Positions 18,243 to 28,677 of a stretch of DNA of 58,975 nt are shown piece by piece. The DNA is from Patescibacteria group bacterium (GTDB lineage Bacteria > Patescibacteriota > JABMPQ01): the NCBI GenBank assembly GCA_018818965.1, contig JAHJQX010000043.1, positions 1 through 58,975 on the forward strand. The letters run 5' to 3'. The notes beneath the pieces are model-generated. The model was not told the DNA's origin. It ran no database searches and saw only the letters and a program-made list of their open reading frames with translations. Position numbers and translations under genes: made by a program. Within the stretch, counting starts at the first letter, position 1; each line of letters starts with the position of its first letter.

Positions 18243-19238
18243 CTATAAAGCTCCCACTGGATCACTATTTACTATCTTCGCCAATGTCTCATTAATATCT
18301 ATCCCCACCGGACAAGCGCGCGTACAACGCCCGCAACCAACACAACCTGGCAGGCCATACTGCTCCGGAATCCGGACAAATTTATGATAATACCAGTAGT
18401 GAATCCGTTGAGCGGTGTCAGTTAAAAATTGATGTCCGCCCGCTACCTGCGAAAACTCGCGGTAAAAGCAGGAATCCCAACAACGCGTCCGCTTACCTTC
18501 TCCTTCTGTCAGCACCGCCTCATCATCAAGGCGAAAACAATAGCAAGTTGGGCAAGCTACGGTACATTTGCCACACTCAATACATTTCTTACCTAGCTTT
18601 TCCCAGATCTTCGGATCGTGGTGATTTTTCAGTTGATCCTTGATCGCTAGCGTGCGCGCACTGAGGCCTTCCTCCTTAGTCGGCCCGGCAAATTGGATAT
18701 GTTCGTAATCATCATAGCCAAAATCAGCCAACACTCGCTGTCCTTCTTCTGAACCGGTCATCACCCGAAAGCTATCACCCCGCTGCTCAAAGAAGATATC
18801 AAATTCTAAGTGCTCGAGAATGTCTTCTTCTAGTTTTTCCGTAAATACTTTAAAAGTTCGCGCGTCTTGCTCAGGCGCTACACTTTGCCCGATGAGTAAT
18901 GTTTTACATTTGCGCCGCTGATAATAAGGATCTTTCTCGTAGACGTGGTTGAATAGATTTAAGGCCTTGAGATCGAAAGTGGTGAGGCCAAAGGCTACTT
19001 GCTGCGGATAGTCATTAATCGCCTCACTCAAACTAGAACCTTTATAATCAAATAATTTCTCACATGCCGGCAAAAACACCTTTTTCCAAGAATGATGAGT
19101 TAGCTGACCATTTAGAGCTAGTTCTGTCGGCTGGGCGATTTTCTCAACCTCAAGAACGGAACCTTTCTGCACTGGCCCGTAGATTTCATTACTTGCGAGG
19201 AGATATTTAATGAATTGGCTGAGTTGATCTTTGATCAT
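18243..19238 (-). CDS. hydB: Sulfhydrogenase beta subunit (2x 4Fe-4S; AsrA-like)
   Basis: CIECGKCTVACPTCYC, WDSC, CVGCGRCTRACPVGI; likely start ATG 19238. Confidence 0.88.
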   Translation of the reverse strand: MIKDQLSQFIKYLLASNEIYGPVQKGSVLEVEKIAQPTELALNGQLTHHSWKKVFLPACEKLFDYKGSSLSEAINDYPQQVAFGLTTFDLKALNLFNHVYEKDPYYQRRKCKTLLIGQSVAPEQDARTFKVFTEKLEEDILEHLEFDIFFEQRGDSFRVMTGSEEGQRVLADFGYDDYEHIQFAGPTKEEGLSARTLAIKDQLKNHHDPKIWEKLGKKCIECGKCTVACPTCYCFRLDDEAVLTEGEGKRTRCWDSCFYREFSQVAGGHQFLTDTAQRIHYWYYHKFVRIPEQYGLPGCVGCGRCTRACPVGIDINETLAKIVNSDPVGAL

Positions 19239-19397
19239 AATTGGCACAATTGTAGCACAAATATTAAGACAATAAAATGTATTGGCCAATATTTATTAAT
19301 TTATATTGCAAAATATTACCGTTTTGCTAAACATATATCATCCAGTGATACTTGCCCTTTCAGCAACAGTAATAGTACTTTCAAGGAGACAGCACAG

Positions 19398-19652
19398 ATG
19401 TCCAAGCCGTTGTTGCTTTCACCCATAAATGAAACTGGCGATGATTCTCGGCCACTCCTGGAAAAACACGGCTTCGAAGTGGAGCCTGAAAAAGTTTGGG
19501 GTCGCTACGAGGTAACACTGCCCTCGGGGTGGGATACTTCAAAAACTAATGGTAGGGTCTATCTCCACGATGACCAGGGGCGGAGAGTCCTAGTTGATCA
19601 CCCCTCAAGCGGCTGGCTGATGGAGGTCGCTGACCAGTTTAGCGATCTCTAA
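19398..19652 (+). CDS. Small hypothetical protein
   Basis: AAGGAG RBS then ATG 19398 (MSKPLLLSP...LPSGW...LHDDQGR). Confidence 0.6.
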   Translation: MSKPLLLSPINETGDDSRPLLEKHGFEVEPEKVWGRYEVTLPSGWDTSKTNGRVYLHDDQGRRVLVDHPSSGWLMEVADQFSDL

Positions 19653-19671
19653 CATCTGTGCAACAAAACAA

Positions 19672-19712
19672 AAACCGATCCAACTAGGAGCCTTGGACCG
19701 GTTTATTTTTTT
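19672..19712. terminator. Probable bidirectional terminator
   Basis: AAAACCGATCCAA...TTGGACCGGTTT with A/T tracts between convergent genes. Confidence 0.55.
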
Positions 19713-19725
19713 TATTATATATTCA

Positions 19726-20445
19726 CTATTTAGCCAATTCCTCTTCAATAATCTTCTCGAAAGCCTCGTAAGGATAAGCTCCCCCGATCTTACGACCATT
19801 AATGAAGGTGGCCGGTGTACCAGTCACCTCTATCTCTACACCATCCTGAACATCTTTTTTAATTTCCTCCGCTTGTTGACCAGAGTCAAGGCACTTATCA
19901 AAGACTGAAGTTTTGAGCTTTATTTCTTTGGCATATTTTTTCAAACTGGCTACGTCTAGGCTTTCCTGGTTGGCAAATAGCTGATCATGATATTCCCAGT
20001 ACATGTTTTGTTCACCCGCACACTCGGCTGCTTCCGCTGCTTTCTGAGCATTAGCGTGAAAATCCAAAGGAAAATCGCGAAATACAATAGCCACCTGATC
20101 ACCATATTTCTCCGCTATTTTCTTGATAGTTTCGCTATTTTTCTGGCAATACGGGCACTCATAATCACTAAACTCAACTATTTGAACCTTAGCATCTTTA
20201 CTTCCTTTGACGGCATCATCATCCACACTCACCTCGAACTCTTCTGTACCTGGCTCGGGCGGTGACGGAGGTTCTGGTAAGGCTTCTTCGGCTGAACCAG
20301 TTAATTCAGGACTGCTGCTATTATCAATATTACCACTATAAACAACAGCTCCAGCGACAATAGCGCCCGCTAAAACAATAGCTACTGGCACCCAGAAAGA
20401 ATTTGTTTTCGGCACCTCTCTCTTAGTCTCTTTATTATCACTCAT
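19726..20445 (-). CDS. DsbA/BdbD-family thiol-disulfide oxidoreductase
   Basis: N-terminal TM; EFSDYECPYC; FRDFPL; GTPATFING. Confidence 0.92.
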   Translation of the reverse strand: MSDNKETKREVPKTNSFWVPVAIVLAGAIVAGAVVYSGNIDNSSSPELTGSAEEALPEPPSPPEPGTEEFEVSVDDDAVKGSKDAKVQIVEFSDYECPYCQKNSETIKKIAEKYGDQVAIVFRDFPLDFHANAQKAAEAAECAGEQNMYWEYHDQLFANQESLDVASLKKYAKEIKLKTSVFDKCLDSGQQAEEIKKDVQDGVEIEVTGTPATFINGRKIGGAYPYEAFEKIIEEELAK

Positions 20446-20494
20446 ATTTTTTATTATTAATTACTAATTAAGCCATTATAGCGACTTATAAAAA

Positions 20495-21676
20495 TCAGTC
20501 TAGGTTATTTTGGTACAGGCTTTTAAAAATTCGGAGACTTTCGATAAATTCATCATTGTCCATTACTCCCTGACGATGAAAAGTGAAATATTTAAGAATC
20601 TTCTTGGGCGGCAACTCATGGGTAATATAACCATACTGGCGAATGGCTGTATTGTTGATTAGATTCTCGATTGTCTTCTTGTAGAAAAGAAGGTGATCAC
20701 TGGTAATTCTGGTATAGGGCAAATGTTCATCGGGAGTATTTTTATAGCCCTCACGAAAGAACTTTACCAAATCGGTCCAATAAAATAAATAGAGCAATAT
20801 CTTTTTGTAATCTCTTTTGTGTTCACTGCTATCGGCGGGAATTTTCAAAAAGTGACTGCGGTTGTAATGAGTATGACAATGAACAATGTTATCTTTCATC
20901 TTATCAATAAACTCGTTGATGTGCTCGAAGCGGAGAGCGTCGTCAGCAGTAAAGCCATGTTTTTTCATAAACTGCCTGTTTCTTATCTGTGTATTAAGAT
21001 GTCCCCAATCAAAAGTGATTTTAAGATTATTATGCTGTAACCGGCGAAAAACATATTGAAAATCATAATGATCCAACATTGTACATTGTCGTTTGGCACG
21101 TAGGGCATAGGGCATATTTTCTAAGGTCAAAATAACTCCCCTGCGCTCAGCGTAACTTAAAGCAGAACTTAGATTATACATAATATTATCAAGCGCTCGC
21201 TCCTTACTAATATGACGATTGGCCGTACCGGGATGAAAAACAACGATCGGATTATCACCACAGGCCAACCCGGCGGCGATATCAATATGTGACTTAAGAG
21301 CTTTAGTGGTGTAGCGATTATCAAGAGAAAGATTTAAATAATAACCCTTGAGTGAACGGGGACAAGTTTCAAAGCAACCATGAAAGGTGTACATCGGTAT
21401 TTTATTTTTTTTGATGGCCTTGACTCGTTTCCAATTAGCATTCCAATGACGATCAAAAAAGCCCCACAGAGTTAATTCTACTCCATCATAGCTTTGCTTG
21501 CCCTCAATAATTTCTTTGTTAGGTTTGGCAATTTTCTCGTCCCAACTTTTGATTACCCGCAAGAAGGGTATCTCAGCGCGCAACAAGTCTACCGCGATAT
21601 GGGCAATCGTGGGCATAATAGCAATATCTTCGATGAGATGTTTTAGTTCGGGCTTATTTTTCATATTATTCTCCAT
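20495..21676 (-). CDS. TIM-barrel protein, xylose isomerase/AP endonuclease 2 family
   Basis: VFHPG, LENMP, TFDWGH, HCHTHYN and DEHLP metal motifs. Confidence 0.75.
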   Translation of the reverse strand: MENNMKNKPELKHLIEDIAIMPTIAHIAVDLLRAEIPFLRVIKSWDEKIAKPNKEIIEGKQSYDGVELTLWGFFDRHWNANWKRVKAIKKNKIPMYTFHGCFETCPRSLKGYYLNLSLDNRYTTKALKSHIDIAAGLACGDNPIVVFHPGTANRHISKERALDNIMYNLSSALSYAERRGVILTLENMPYALRAKRQCTMLDHYDFQYVFRRLQHNNLKITFDWGHLNTQIRNRQFMKKHGFTADDALRFEHINEFIDKMKDNIVHCHTHYNRSHFLKIPADSSEHKRDYKKILLYLFYWTDLVKFFREGYKNTPDEHLPYTRITSDHLLFYKKTIENLINNTAIRQYGYITHELPPKKILKYFTFHRQGVMDNDEFIESLRIFKSLYQNNLD

Positions 21677-21759
21677 GTAGTCATTACAACAAAATAGCCC
21701 AGCAAGCAAATTAATAAATCTGGATAGATTGTGGACGCTTAGTTTACTAGGGAGATGTA

Positions 21760-22296
21760 TTAATCTTCTTTCAGCACCTCTTCGTCTAGCTTTAACTGCG
21801 TTTCAATGAGAGTATTATTAGCCAAATAGACAGCCGCTTGAGTTGAGGTCTTAACATAGATACCAGACTCCTGGGGATTTTTGTCACCCAGTAGAATTTC
21901 ATATTGAGTGTCGTTTTTCATCAAGAGTGTCACTTTCACAACTGGTTTATCTAATTTAAACTCTGTCAGATCAGTTGAATCTATTTTTTGGTTGCCTTCC
22001 AACTTATTGATGGTATCGAGTGTCTCGTCAATCTTACTCGCTCGAGCTTGGTAGGTAATCGGTTCGATAATTTTCCACCCCTCTCCTTCTTTGATCACGC
22101 GCGTCTTCTTGTCTGGTTGTTCAAATATTATTTCCTTTACTTGCGTTTTATCAATGTCAATCACATTATACGTTTCTTCCGCAACCTCTTTCTCATCCTT
22201 TACCTCGCGATCTTTTTCCACAAAGTAAACAAAAACTAACAGGGCAGCAAAAACTACTACTAAAACTAAAGTGGATTGAAATTTCTTTAAAGCCAT
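21760..22296 (-). CDS. DUF4340 domain protein
   Basis: N-terminal TM; W.IIEP, L.LG..NP...IYV; last gene of the Gld-like operon. Confidence 0.75.
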   Translation of the reverse strand: MALKKFQSTLVLVVVFAALLVFVYFVEKDREVKDEKEVAEETYNVIDIDKTQVKEIIFEQPDKKTRVIKEGEGWKIIEPITYQARASKIDETLDTINKLEGNQKIDSTDLTEFKLDKPVVKVTLLMKNDTQYEILLGDKNPQESGIYVKTSTQAAVYLANNTLIETQLKLDEEVLKED

Positions 22297-22309
22297 GGCC
22301 GGAAGATAA

Positions 22310-23770
22310 TTAAGATTGTTTTTTTCTTTTACGACGGTCTAGCCAAACACCAATGCCAATGATAATCACCAGTAAGGGCATGCCAGCCACGGTTGAATAA
22401 AATATCAGCTTAGCTTGACCACCCGTCAAAGTAATTGTTCTTTGTTCTTCTTCTTTGGGACGAATAGAAATCAATTCCTCTTCTTCAGCCAACCAGTTGA
22501 CGGTATTGATAAAGAAATCGAAATTACCTAAAGCATCACTAAACATATTGCTGGCGAAATCAGAATCGCCAATTACTACTATCCTGGCTTTAGATTCTTT
22601 TTTACCCTCCGTCGTATCCCCTTCCTCTTCGCTCTTTGAACTGGTCACTCCATTAACAACGGTAGCAATTGGAACGGGACCCTTCTGGTCTACTCCTTCG
22701 TTTAATTCTGCCTCCTGGGCTGACAAATTCTTTTCTAGCCAAGAGCTTTCTGAGGTAGACACCAGCGGAGTTACTTCGGTGTATTCTGGGTGAGTTTCTG
22801 CTTGGCCGACATATCTTACCCCTGGGAAAAAAGCGGCTGGCAATTCATTGGTAATTTGATGACTATTCCATTCTTGAACAACCGGGGTGCTAATATCAGT
22901 CCAGAAATACTTTTTGGGATCCACCACGACTCCTTCTTTAGTCTCTACCCCCCATGCCTGTAATAATTTATCTAAGTCAGCCCCGTTTTCTCCCGGTAAT
23001 TTTGGATCCAGTAGGACAAACAATTTACCGTCATTATTAAGATACTGACTAATAATTTCTTGTTCCTCGGCTAATATCTTATCACGGGGACCGGCGATGA
23101 CCAATACAGCGGTTTCCTCGGGAATTTCTCTGGTGGAAACAATTGATAAGTTTTCAATTGAATAGCCTTCTTTTTCTAGCTTATTTCTCATCACACTGTA
23201 ATCAGTCTCTTGCAGACCATCAATATTTTTCTCCCGGTGGCCAGTTAAGAAATAGACCTTCTTTTTAGTATCACGAGTTAATTTGAGAATGCTAGAAGTA
23301 ATATCACTTTCGGTAGTAGTCAAAGACTGTTCTTGTTTGTCGCCTTTAACAAACACTAGAGTGCCGTAACGTTCAATCGCATATTCGCGGGCAACCGTGG
23401 GCTTGGTATCAGGGTCAATGAATTCTATTTTGATATTGCTATTCTGATTACGGTACTGCTCGAGTAAGTCGGCCACTTCCTCTTGGGAGGGATTGCCCGC
23501 CTTGTAAAATCCTAATATTTTTATCTCTTCTTCTACTCCCTGTAATACCTTCATGGTTTGGTCAGAAAGGGTATGTTTTTTATTCTTGGTTAAATCCCAA
23601 TCGACTGATTCTTTGCGGGCAATATAATTAACCAATATCAAAATACCCAATAAGGCCACTACGGCCAGCAAGGCGTTGCTGCCATATTTGGTCTGGCGCA
23701 TACCTAAAATCTTTGTAAGCCAGCGGAAACGGAAAAATTCTTTTATTTTTTTCGCTGTTTCTTCTTTCAT
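22310..23770 (-). CDS. GldG-family ABC transporter auxiliary component
   Basis: WDLT.NK..TLS.QT, YFLTGHRE, LVIAGP, VIGDSDF, N.VNWL. Confidence 0.85.
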   Translation of the reverse strand: MKEETAKKIKEFFRFRWLTKILGMRQTKYGSNALLAVVALLGILILVNYIARKESVDWDLTKNKKHTLSDQTMKVLQGVEEEIKILGFYKAGNPSQEEVADLLEQYRNQNSNIKIEFIDPDTKPTVAREYAIERYGTLVFVKGDKQEQSLTTTESDITSSILKLTRDTKKKVYFLTGHREKNIDGLQETDYSVMRNKLEKEGYSIENLSIVSTREIPEETAVLVIAGPRDKILAEEQEIISQYLNNDGKLFVLLDPKLPGENGADLDKLLQAWGVETKEGVVVDPKKYFWTDISTPVVQEWNSHQITNELPAAFFPGVRYVGQAETHPEYTEVTPLVSTSESSWLEKNLSAQEAELNEGVDQKGPVPIATVVNGVTSSKSEEEGDTTEGKKESKARIVVIGDSDFASNMFSDALGNFDFFINTVNWLAEEEELISIRPKEEEQRTITLTGGQAKLIFYSTVAGMPLLVIIIGIGVWLDRRKRKKQS

Positions 23771-23771
23771 A

Positions 23772-24482
23772 CTATTTCCACTTTCTTATTTCAATTGATT
23801 TCACTGCTACAAACAACCAAAAAGAGATAAAACTCAGATAATAAATGACATCCTTAAGACTGACTACTCCCTTAACAAAACCTTCTAGATGAGTAGAGAG
23901 CGCTAAGTAGGAAAGCAACTCACTGTCAACTCCGTTTAAATTACCCGATATCCAATTTAACACCCACAGCATTAAAACCAGGGCAAAGCCAATCACAGCC
24001 GCAATTATTTGATTCTCCGTTAAAGTCGAGGCAAAAATCCCCAGGGCAATAAATGACATGCCACATAAGAGAATCCCCAGGTACGCTGACCAGATAGGCC
24101 CCATATCAGGATTGCCATACTTACTGAGGATAAAGATATAGGCTAGAGTTGAAGCCAGCATGGTAACAAATAATAAAGTTGCGGCTAAAAATTTCCCGAG
24201 AGTTACTTCAATATCCCGGACTGGTTTCGTCATCAGCATTTCCAGCGTGCCTAGCTTCTTCTCTTCGGAAAAAGCCTTCATTGTGATCAGCGGCATCAAA
24301 AACAATAAGGTGATAATTATATTAGAGGCTGCCCCGCGGAAAGACGCTTCCTTAGAAATTAAGAGAATCACGGAAAAGAAGTAGCCCGACAACACCAAAA
24401 ACATTGCGAACACCACGTAGGCGATCGGGGAAATAAAATAGGAGCGCAGTTCTTTTAATGTAATAGTGAAAATTGTTCTCAT
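23772..24482 (-). CDS. ABC transporter permease (GldF-like)
   Basis: KELRSYF.SPIAY, PLITM..FSEEKK.GT.E.L.T.P, TENQI. Confidence 0.9.
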   Translation of the reverse strand: MRTIFTITLKELRSYFISPIAYVVFAMFLVLSGYFFSVILLISKEASFRGAASNIIITLLFLMPLITMKAFSEEKKLGTLEMLMTKPVRDIEVTLGKFLAATLLFVTMLASTLAYIFILSKYGNPDMGPIWSAYLGILLCGMSFIALGIFASTLTENQIIAAVIGFALVLMLWVLNWISGNLNGVDSELLSYLALSTHLEGFVKGVVSLKDVIYYLSFISFWLFVAVKSIEIRKWK

Positions 24483-25418
24483 TTATTCTTTGGTAGTTAA
24501 CTTCAAGAATATTTCTTCCAATCCTAATACTTCTCGTCGCATTTCCAATAAATCCCAATCGTTACGCACAATTGTTTGGGCTAATTCCTTTCTAACGTCA
24601 GCTTCTTTTTGTGAAGCTACTTCCAAATCAATTAAACCGCCTGGGTGGGTTTTTTTAATATTTACTTCGGTCACGTCGGTTATGTCTTGCAAAGATAACT
24701 TTATTTTCTCCGGCTGACCTTTCACCGTGAGTAGAACCTTAGCGACGCCCGATAATCTGTTCTCCAAATTGTTAGGGGTATCTTCCGCAACAATTTTGCC
24801 TTCCGAAATAATGATAACACGCGTACAAGTAATTGATACCTCTGGTAAAATATGAGTGCTGAGAATAATAGTTTTGTCTTCCGCTAACGATTTAATTAAT
24901 TCTCTAATTTCAATTATTTGTTTGGGGTCAAGACCGATAGTTGGCTCATCAAGTATCAAATATTCTGGATTACCGACCAAAGCTTGGGCGATGCCCACTC
25001 GCTGGCGATAACCTTTAGATAAAGTTTTAATAGTTGATTGACTAACATTACTGATACCACAGATTTTCATGATCTTTCTAATATGCGTCTGGCGTTTATC
25101 AGCGGTAACTTTTTTTAAAGCCGCAATATATTTTAGAAACACCTCGACGTCCATGTCTAAATAAAGAGGTGTATTTTCGGGTAGATAACCCAATTTCTGA
25201 CGCACGACTAAAGAATCAGCAAAGACATCCAACCCCCCTATTTTTACTTCGCCACTAGTGGGAGGAATATAGCCCGTAAGAATTCTCATCGTAGTAGTTT
25301 TGCCCGCTCCGTTAGGACCGAGAAAACCAACTACCTCTCCCTGGGCAATATTAAACGAGACATCTTGAATGGCTGCTTTGTCACCGTATTTTTTTGTGAG
25401 TTTGGAAACTTCGATCAT
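24483..25418 (-). CDS. ABC transporter ATP-binding protein (GldA-like)
   Basis: GPNGAGKTT, LSKGYRQRVG, ILDEPT, STH. Confidence 0.95.
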   Translation of the reverse strand: MIEVSKLTKKYGDKAAIQDVSFNIAQGEVVGFLGPNGAGKTTTMRILTGYIPPTSGEVKIGGLDVFADSLVVRQKLGYLPENTPLYLDMDVEVFLKYIAALKKVTADKRQTHIRKIMKICGISNVSQSTIKTLSKGYRQRVGIAQALVGNPEYLILDEPTIGLDPKQIIEIRELIKSLAEDKTIILSTHILPEVSITCTRVIIISEGKIVAEDTPNNLENRLSGVAKVLLTVKGQPEKIKLSLQDITDVTEVNIKKTHPGGLIDLEVASQKEADVRKELAQTIVRNDWDLLEMRREVLGLEEIFLKLTTKE

Positions 25419-25478
25419 ATGTATTAAAGTACTCTACTTTCCCAATAAAAGTCAAACTATTATTTGTGGACTTCTTGT

Positions 25479-26267
25479 TTAGTAAGCACGAATTTTATGC
25501 GCTAAGTTGCAGCAGGAGCAACCAGTACCGCCATGTTGGCCAAAGGATAAGATGATTGACACTGGTTTGTCGGCCGAGGAATCTTGGAGAGCATTTTGGG
25601 CAGCAGCATCAATATACGAAACACCCTCTTCATAATCCCTACCGGATACCTTGCCATCTTGGTAGCAACCCAGATTGAATAGGTAGGTGCCGTCGTTTTT
25701 TTTGTTGTTCACACTATTGCCTTCTGTTATTCCTTTCTCAATACTTTGCTTAAAACCATCATGGTAAAATTTCTTGATGGCAAAATAGGCGTTGGTTTGT
25801 TTTACATCCCAAACTTCTTCTTCTTTGGTTTCTAAATATCCACAAACAACCGTATCAAAAATGTCAGTGCCAAAAATATCGTAGGTGGTTGCTTCTTTTA
25901 GACTAACTGTTTTGGAAAATTCACACTGGCTGGCAACGTCAGTGCTTTCCCCGCTAGTCGTTTTTTCAGTTTCACTTTTTACCTTGGCATCTTCAACTTC
26001 TTTCTTTTTTCTGGCTTCCTCAGCCTTTTCTAAATCACTAGTGCGATCTTGTAACTTATTAATTTCTGTCTTGAGATTATTAAAGGATGATTCTAAATTA
26101 CCGCGTGCATCCTTGGCACTCTCTAATTGTTGCCAGCCATACCAACCGGCCACTACCAATACAGCTGAGAAAAATAATCCCATCCCAATGATCAAAATAA
26201 TTAGACAAGCTTTGCCTCCTTTTTTTTGCGGCTGAGAAGATGATGGATTTATTTGGGTTTCAGTCAT
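25479..26267 (-). CDS. Membrane-anchored coiled-coil hypothetical protein
   Basis: Single TM, coiled coil, Cys-containing C-terminal domain (GCSCCN). Confidence 0.65.
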   Translation of the reverse strand: MTETQINPSSSQPQKKGGKACLIILIIGMGLFFSAVLVVAGWYGWQQLESAKDARGNLESSFNNLKTEINKLQDRTSDLEKAEEARKKKEVEDAKVKSETEKTTSGESTDVASQCEFSKTVSLKEATTYDIFGTDIFDTVVCGYLETKEEEVWDVKQTNAYFAIKKFYHDGFKQSIEKGITEGNSVNNKKNDGTYLFNLGCYQDGKVSGRDYEEGVSYIDAAAQNALQDSSADKPVSIILSFGQHGGTGCSCCNLAHKIRAY

Positions 26268-26315
26268 ATTTTTATTTTAATTTAAAGACGAAATGATTAT
26301 ACAATATTTTTTGTC

Positions 26316-27182
26316 TTATAAAAACATGTTTGTTAAGTGAGCCACTAAAAAACCTAGCATGGCACCGCCGCCGATTGGTGGTAGTGCCGCCACTGGCTTG
26401 TTGTATTTAAGTTTAAGCTGCAACCAATGCATCACAATCAAGCCAACTAGAGCCCCGATTACCACCGCTAAGGAATATTGCCAACCCATTTTCAAGGCCG
26501 CTACTGCCAACATTAAAGGTAGGGCGATATCTCCTGTTCCCAAAAAGGAATATGAGCCATCTAGCTTTACCTTAGACAACCGACTAAGTATGTTTTTGAG
26601 ACGGCTGGGAACAATAATTGAAAAGGTAGCTCCTTTGTTAGTTAATTTGGTGAACATTTTGACCATGTGCTTGGTGCGAAAGACAGCGATAATATCATAA
26701 ACTGACAAGATAGCGATGATTATCAATATCTGCCAAGCAGAGAAACCAGTGCCAATATAAGCACCGATACCAGCTAGAGCCAGTACGATGGCAATATTGT
26801 GCACTAATACTATTGGCAAGTATTGTCTAAGTAGAGCTATCGCTAAAGCCACTAGAACTGTGGCCAGTGTCGGCAACCAAACGTCAAAAAATAAAAGCGC
26901 TCCCAAAAAAATAGAAGCCTGCAGAGCTAATCGAAAAACGGTGTCTCTTTTGACAAATTTTATCAGCAGTAAAATTACTATTGTCCCGATGGCGAAAGAG
27001 ATCAAAAATTGAACGACGGAAATTGACTGGGCTTCAATCGCTGCTCTAATTTCTTCGATTTGCAACAGACGCCAGGCTAACAGCAGGCCGAGAAATTGAG
27101 CCAGCAGAAAAATAATACTTTCCAAAACCAAAAAAGCGGGGGAAATTTTATGTCCCGCTGATTTATTATCCTCTGTTGTCAT
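26316..27182 (-). CDS. Presenilin/SPP-family (A22) intramembrane aspartyl protease
   Basis: YD (VYDIIAV), GxGD (LGTGD) and PAL-like VAALP motifs in a multi-TM protein. Confidence 0.85.
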   Translation of the reverse strand: MTTEDNKSAGHKISPAFLVLESIIFLLAQFLGLLLAWRLLQIEEIRAAIEAQSISVVQFLISFAIGTIVILLLIKFVKRDTVFRLALQASIFLGALLFFDVWLPTLATVLVALAIALLRQYLPIVLVHNIAIVLALAGIGAYIGTGFSAWQILIIIAILSVYDIIAVFRTKHMVKMFTKLTNKGATFSIIVPSRLKNILSRLSKVKLDGSYSFLGTGDIALPLMLAVAALKMGWQYSLAVVIGALVGLIVMHWLQLKLKYNKPVAALPPIGGGAMLGFLVAHLTNMFL

Positions 27183-27211
27183 TTTGTTTTAGTGGAGATA
27201 GATTGTTTGGA

Positions 27212-27649
27212 TTATTCACCGGTCGTGAAATAGAAATCGCCAGCTGATAATTCATTGCCATCTTTATCGGTGATCCCTTCGCGAATCGTTATCAATATTT
27301 TTTGCTGTGACTGGAAATTTTCTGGTGGAGTGATAGTTAGAAGATAACTATTTTCGTCATACTCATACTTACTATTTAGTAAGGGATTGAAATTGTACCC
27401 TAAATCTTCGGCATATTCCACGCCAATATTGCGCGTGTTTAATGTTGCCTGATCCATTTCCCGATCAAAGGTGATCTTAATCGGGGCATCAAGGGCAACT
27501 CCTTTGGTTCGATGATCTGGTTCAAAACTAACAATGCGGGGATTGTTTGTAATCGTGCTAGTGATTTGACCAGTCAAGCTGGTACTTTGACAGCCAGTCA
27601 GTGTTAAGGCTGCACCGAGGATGATGAGAACGATTAGATATCTAGGCAT
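27212..27649 (-). CDS. Lipoprotein with bacterial Ig-like (Big_5) domain
   Basis: Lipobox LTGC; P......V....I.ITF...MD; GI.D..GN.L...F.FTT. Confidence 0.8.
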   Translation of the reverse strand: MPRYLIVLIILGAALTLTGCQSTSLTGQITSTITNNPRIVSFEPDHRTKGVALDAPIKITFDREMDQATLNTRNIGVEYAEDLGYNFNPLLNSKYEYDENSYLLTITPPENFQSQQKILITIREGITDKDGNELSAGDFYFTTGE

Positions 27650-27789
27650 TTTTTATGACTTAAATTTATATAAATACTTATTTAGATCCACACTATCCTG
27701 CCTTCCACTATAGCAATCCCCTCTTTTTTCAGCAAGCTGCTTTTGCCAGTGAATTTAGAAAAATTATCTTGGTGGAAGGTAATGTTTTT

Positions 27790-28677
27790 TCACTTTTTCA
27801 TCACCGCTGGTAACCATTTAATCACATCCGAGGCAATCACTGATCGCTCTCCTAGCTTGGCTGCTGCCTTGTCTCCGGCTAACCCGTGTAAATAGACAGC
27901 GGTACAAGCTGACCGGAAAGGTTTCTTTATATTCTGAGCCCAGAAAGCAGAAATAATTCCCGTTAAAACATCGCCCGTGCCAGCAGTCGCCAGGGCTGGA
28001 CCGCCTGATCCATTTATTATTACCTCCCCGCCGGGTTCAGCAATAACTGTCCCCGCTCCCTTAAGTATTATATTAACTAACCATTTCTGCGCATATTCCC
28101 GCGCCGTCTTCACTTTATCGTTTTTAATAATTCTAGCACTTTTAAGATCCTTATTGACCAACCCGGCCATTTCTCCCTCGTGGGGAGTAATGATAGTCTC
28201 TGCCCGACGTTGGGTCAGTAGCTTAGCAGCTTGTCCGACTAGAGCGTTTAGACCATCAGCATCTATAATTAACGGTTTTTCCAGTTTCTTTACTAATGCT
28301 CGTGTCAATTTTTGCGTCTCTTTGTTTTTTGACAATCCCGGACCAATCACCACCACAGCAAAGTTGGTTGATTTTTCTAATAATATTGGCACCGCTTCAT
28401 AGCTTAAAGTGCTCTCACTGGTTGCTGAGCAAGGAATAGTCATCACTTCCGGGAGTAAGTCTTTGTATATTTTTGCCAGCGTCTCGGGAAAAGCGAGTGT
28501 AACAACGCCCGCCCCCGCTCGCATGGCGGCTCGACAAGTTAAAACAGCTGCTCCCGTCATCCCCTTCGAACCAGCGATCACCAAAACTTGTCCGCACTGT
28601 TTTTTGTGAATGGTTTGGGGTCGCGGAGCTAATATCTCTGGGAAAATAATTTCGTTTTGAGTTATTGCTCTGTTCAT
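27790..28677 (-). CDS. nnrD: ADP-dependent NAD(P)HX dehydratase
   Basis: HK...G.VLVIAGS..MTGA, IGPGL, DADGLN, TPHEGE, LKG, ATAGTGDVL. Confidence 0.92.
   Translation of the reverse strand: MNRAITQNEIIFPEILAPRPQTIHKKQCGQVLVIAGSKGMTGAAVLTCRAAMRAGAGVVTLAFPETLAKIYKDLLPEVMTIPCSATSESTLSYEAVPILLEKSTNFAVVVIGPGLSKNKETQKLTRALVKKLEKPLIIDADGLNALVGQAAKLLTQRRAETIITPHEGEMAGLVNKDLKSARIIKNDKVKTAREYAQKWLVNIILKGAGTVIAEPGGEVIINGSGGPALATAGTGDVLTGIISAFWAQNIKKPFRSACTAVYLHGLAGDKAAAKLGERSVIASDVIKWLPAVMKK

Noticed and set aside
21760-25418. Gliding motility inferred from the GldA/F/G-like genes
   Set aside because: This ABC module is widespread in non-gliding bacteria; no other gld/spr genes are present.
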